Of a stretch of DNA of 32,000 bases, positions 30,855-32,000 are shown piece by piece. The stretch covers positions 840,001-872,000 of the forward strand of contig NC_007614.1 in assembly GCF_000196355.1 (NCBI RefSeq), written 5' to 3'. A program made the translations under genes and the position numbers. The notes beneath the pieces are model-generated. The model saw nothing but the letters and a program-made list of their open reading frames with translations, had not been told where the DNA came from and did not search any database. The DNA is from Nitrosospira multiformis ATCC 25196. GTDB lineage: Bacteria; Pseudomonadota; Gammaproteobacteria; Burkholderiales; Nitrosomonadaceae. Every line of letters starts with the position of its first letter. Positions within the stretch are counted from its first letter, which is position 1.

Positions 30855-31358
30855 ATGATCAGACAGAAGTCGATACGGCGGGTGAAGCCGCCGGAAGATT
30901 ATCAGGCCAGGCTTGCCACACCGTTTGCCGTGCTGGGCCTTCGCACGGATGAAGACTGGCTGACCGATATAGAATACCTGCCGCCGGATACGCCCACTCT
31001 CGTTCCGCAAACTCCTCTCGCCAGGGAAGTATGTGATCAGTTACAGGCCTACCTTGCCGATCCGGGTTTCGTGTTCGACCTGTCACTGCACATCGGCGGG
31101 ACGGTTCATCAGCGCCGTGTGTGGCAAGCCATCCAGGATATTCCGGCCGGTGCAACGCGCAGTTATGCCGCTATCGCGGTGGAGTTGCATTCCGCCCCGC
31201 GCGCAGTGGGGCAGGCGTGCGGAGCCAACCGCCTGCCCATCGTTATTCCCTGTCATCGTGTTATCGCCAAAAGCGGCGGTCTTGGAGGTTTCATGAACGC
31301 CAGCGATGGATTGCCGCTCACCATTAAGCGCTGGCTATTGCAGCATGAGGGTATCTGA
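30855..31358 (+). CDS. ogt: Methylated-DNA--[protein]-cysteine S-methyltransferase
   Basis: VWQAIQDIPAGATRSYAAIAVELHSAPRAVGQACGANRLPIVIPCHRVIAKSGGLGGF with the PCHR active site. GGAGGAATGG lies just upstream of the start. Confidence 0.93.
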   Translation: MIRQKSIRRVKPPEDYQARLATPFAVLGLRTDEDWLTDIEYLPPDTPTLVPQTPLAREVCDQLQAYLADPGFVFDLSLHIGGTVHQRRVWQAIQDIPAGATRSYAAIAVELHSAPRAVGQACGANRLPIVIPCHRVIAKSGGLGGFMNASDGLPLTIKRWLLQHEGI

Positions 31359-32000
31359 GCGGAACCCGGAACTGCTCGATGAATTCTGCGATGCGCTGTG
31401 GCTGGAAGATGGGCTCTCGCGCAACACAATGGAGAGCTATCGCAGCGATCTGGAGCAGTTCGGTGACTGGTTCGCCCGACAGAAACCGGATGACAGCAGT
31501 TTTCTGACGGTCACGCATTCCGATCTGCTGGGATTCATGACGGGCAGGTTTTCCGCTGGAATGAAGGCCAGCACCACTAGCCGCGAGCTCTCGAGCCTAA
31601 AGCGGTTTTACCGCTTTCTGTTGCGCCAGGGAAAGATCAATGCAGATCCCACCCTCAATATCGATACACCCAGGCTTCCTCGCAACCTGCCGGTGAGTTT
31701 AACCGAGGCCGACGTGGAAGCCCTGCTTGGCGCACCCGACGTGACCTTTCCGTTGGGATTACGGGATCGCGCCATGCTCGAGGTGCTTTATGCAAGCGGC
31801 CTTCGGGTTTCAGAGCTTGTGAGCCTGGAAAGTGGACAGATCAGCCTGGACATGGGCGTGGTGCGCATCATGGGGAAGGGGGGGAAAGAACGCCTGACAC
31901 CGCTGGGGGAAGAGGCGCTGGAATGGATGGTTCGCTACATCAAGGAAATCCGTCCCGGGCTGCTGGATGGAAAATCGAGTAATGCGCTGTTCGTCACTTA
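31345..32000 (+). CDS. xerD: Tyrosine recombinase XerD (3' truncated by window edge)
   Basis: MRVSERNPELLDEFCDALWLEDGLSRNTMESYRSDLEQFGDWFA...LPVSLTEADVEALLGAPD...LRDRAMLEVLYASGLRVSELVSLE...VVRIMGKGGKERLTPLG. Start overlaps the ogt end by 14 bp. Confidence 0.9.
   Translation, partial: MRVSERNPELLDEFCDALWLEDGLSRNTMESYRSDLEQFGDWFARQKPDDSSFLTVTHSDLLGFMTGRFSAGMKASTTSRELSSLKRFYRFLLRQGKINADPTLNIDTPRLPRNLPVSLTEADVEALLGAPDVTFPLGLRDRAMLEVLYASGLRVSELVSLESGQISLDMGVVRIMGKGGKERLTPLGEEALEWMVRYIKEIRPGLLDGKSSNALFVT

Overview
The window reads as an ordinary betaproteobacterial chromosome segment. Protein content suggests a Nitrosospira-like ammonia oxidiser, but this taxonomic guess is an inference. In order it holds: the AddB C-terminus and AddA; a lipoprotein MltB-type transglycosylase; a polyprenyl-type GT2 glycosyltransferase convergent with a GNAT acetyltransferase; a soluble NarX-like histidine kinase plus LuxR-type response regulator; a small lipoprotein; an FbpABC-type ferric-iron ABC operon with a Fur-box-like operator over its promoter; a YbjQ-family protein; two SDR oxidoreductases; a PerM/AI-2E family permease; a GlcG/HbpS-like protein; a K+-independent H+-pyrophosphatase; a PPi-type phosphofructokinase; adenylate kinase; ValS; a HAF-repeat PEP-CTERM-like exported protein; a small DUF-like protein; HolC; PepA; Ogt; and the start of XerD. 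I found no CRISPR, tRNA, rRNA, prophage or transposon, and no convincing unknown multi-gene system. The observations most worth checking are the 363-bp tandem duplication in the histidine kinase, the HAF/PEP-CTERM gene sitting between valS and the holC/pepA block, the apparent lack of a standard start codon for adk, the Fur-box-like divergent region, and the PPi-metabolism cluster.
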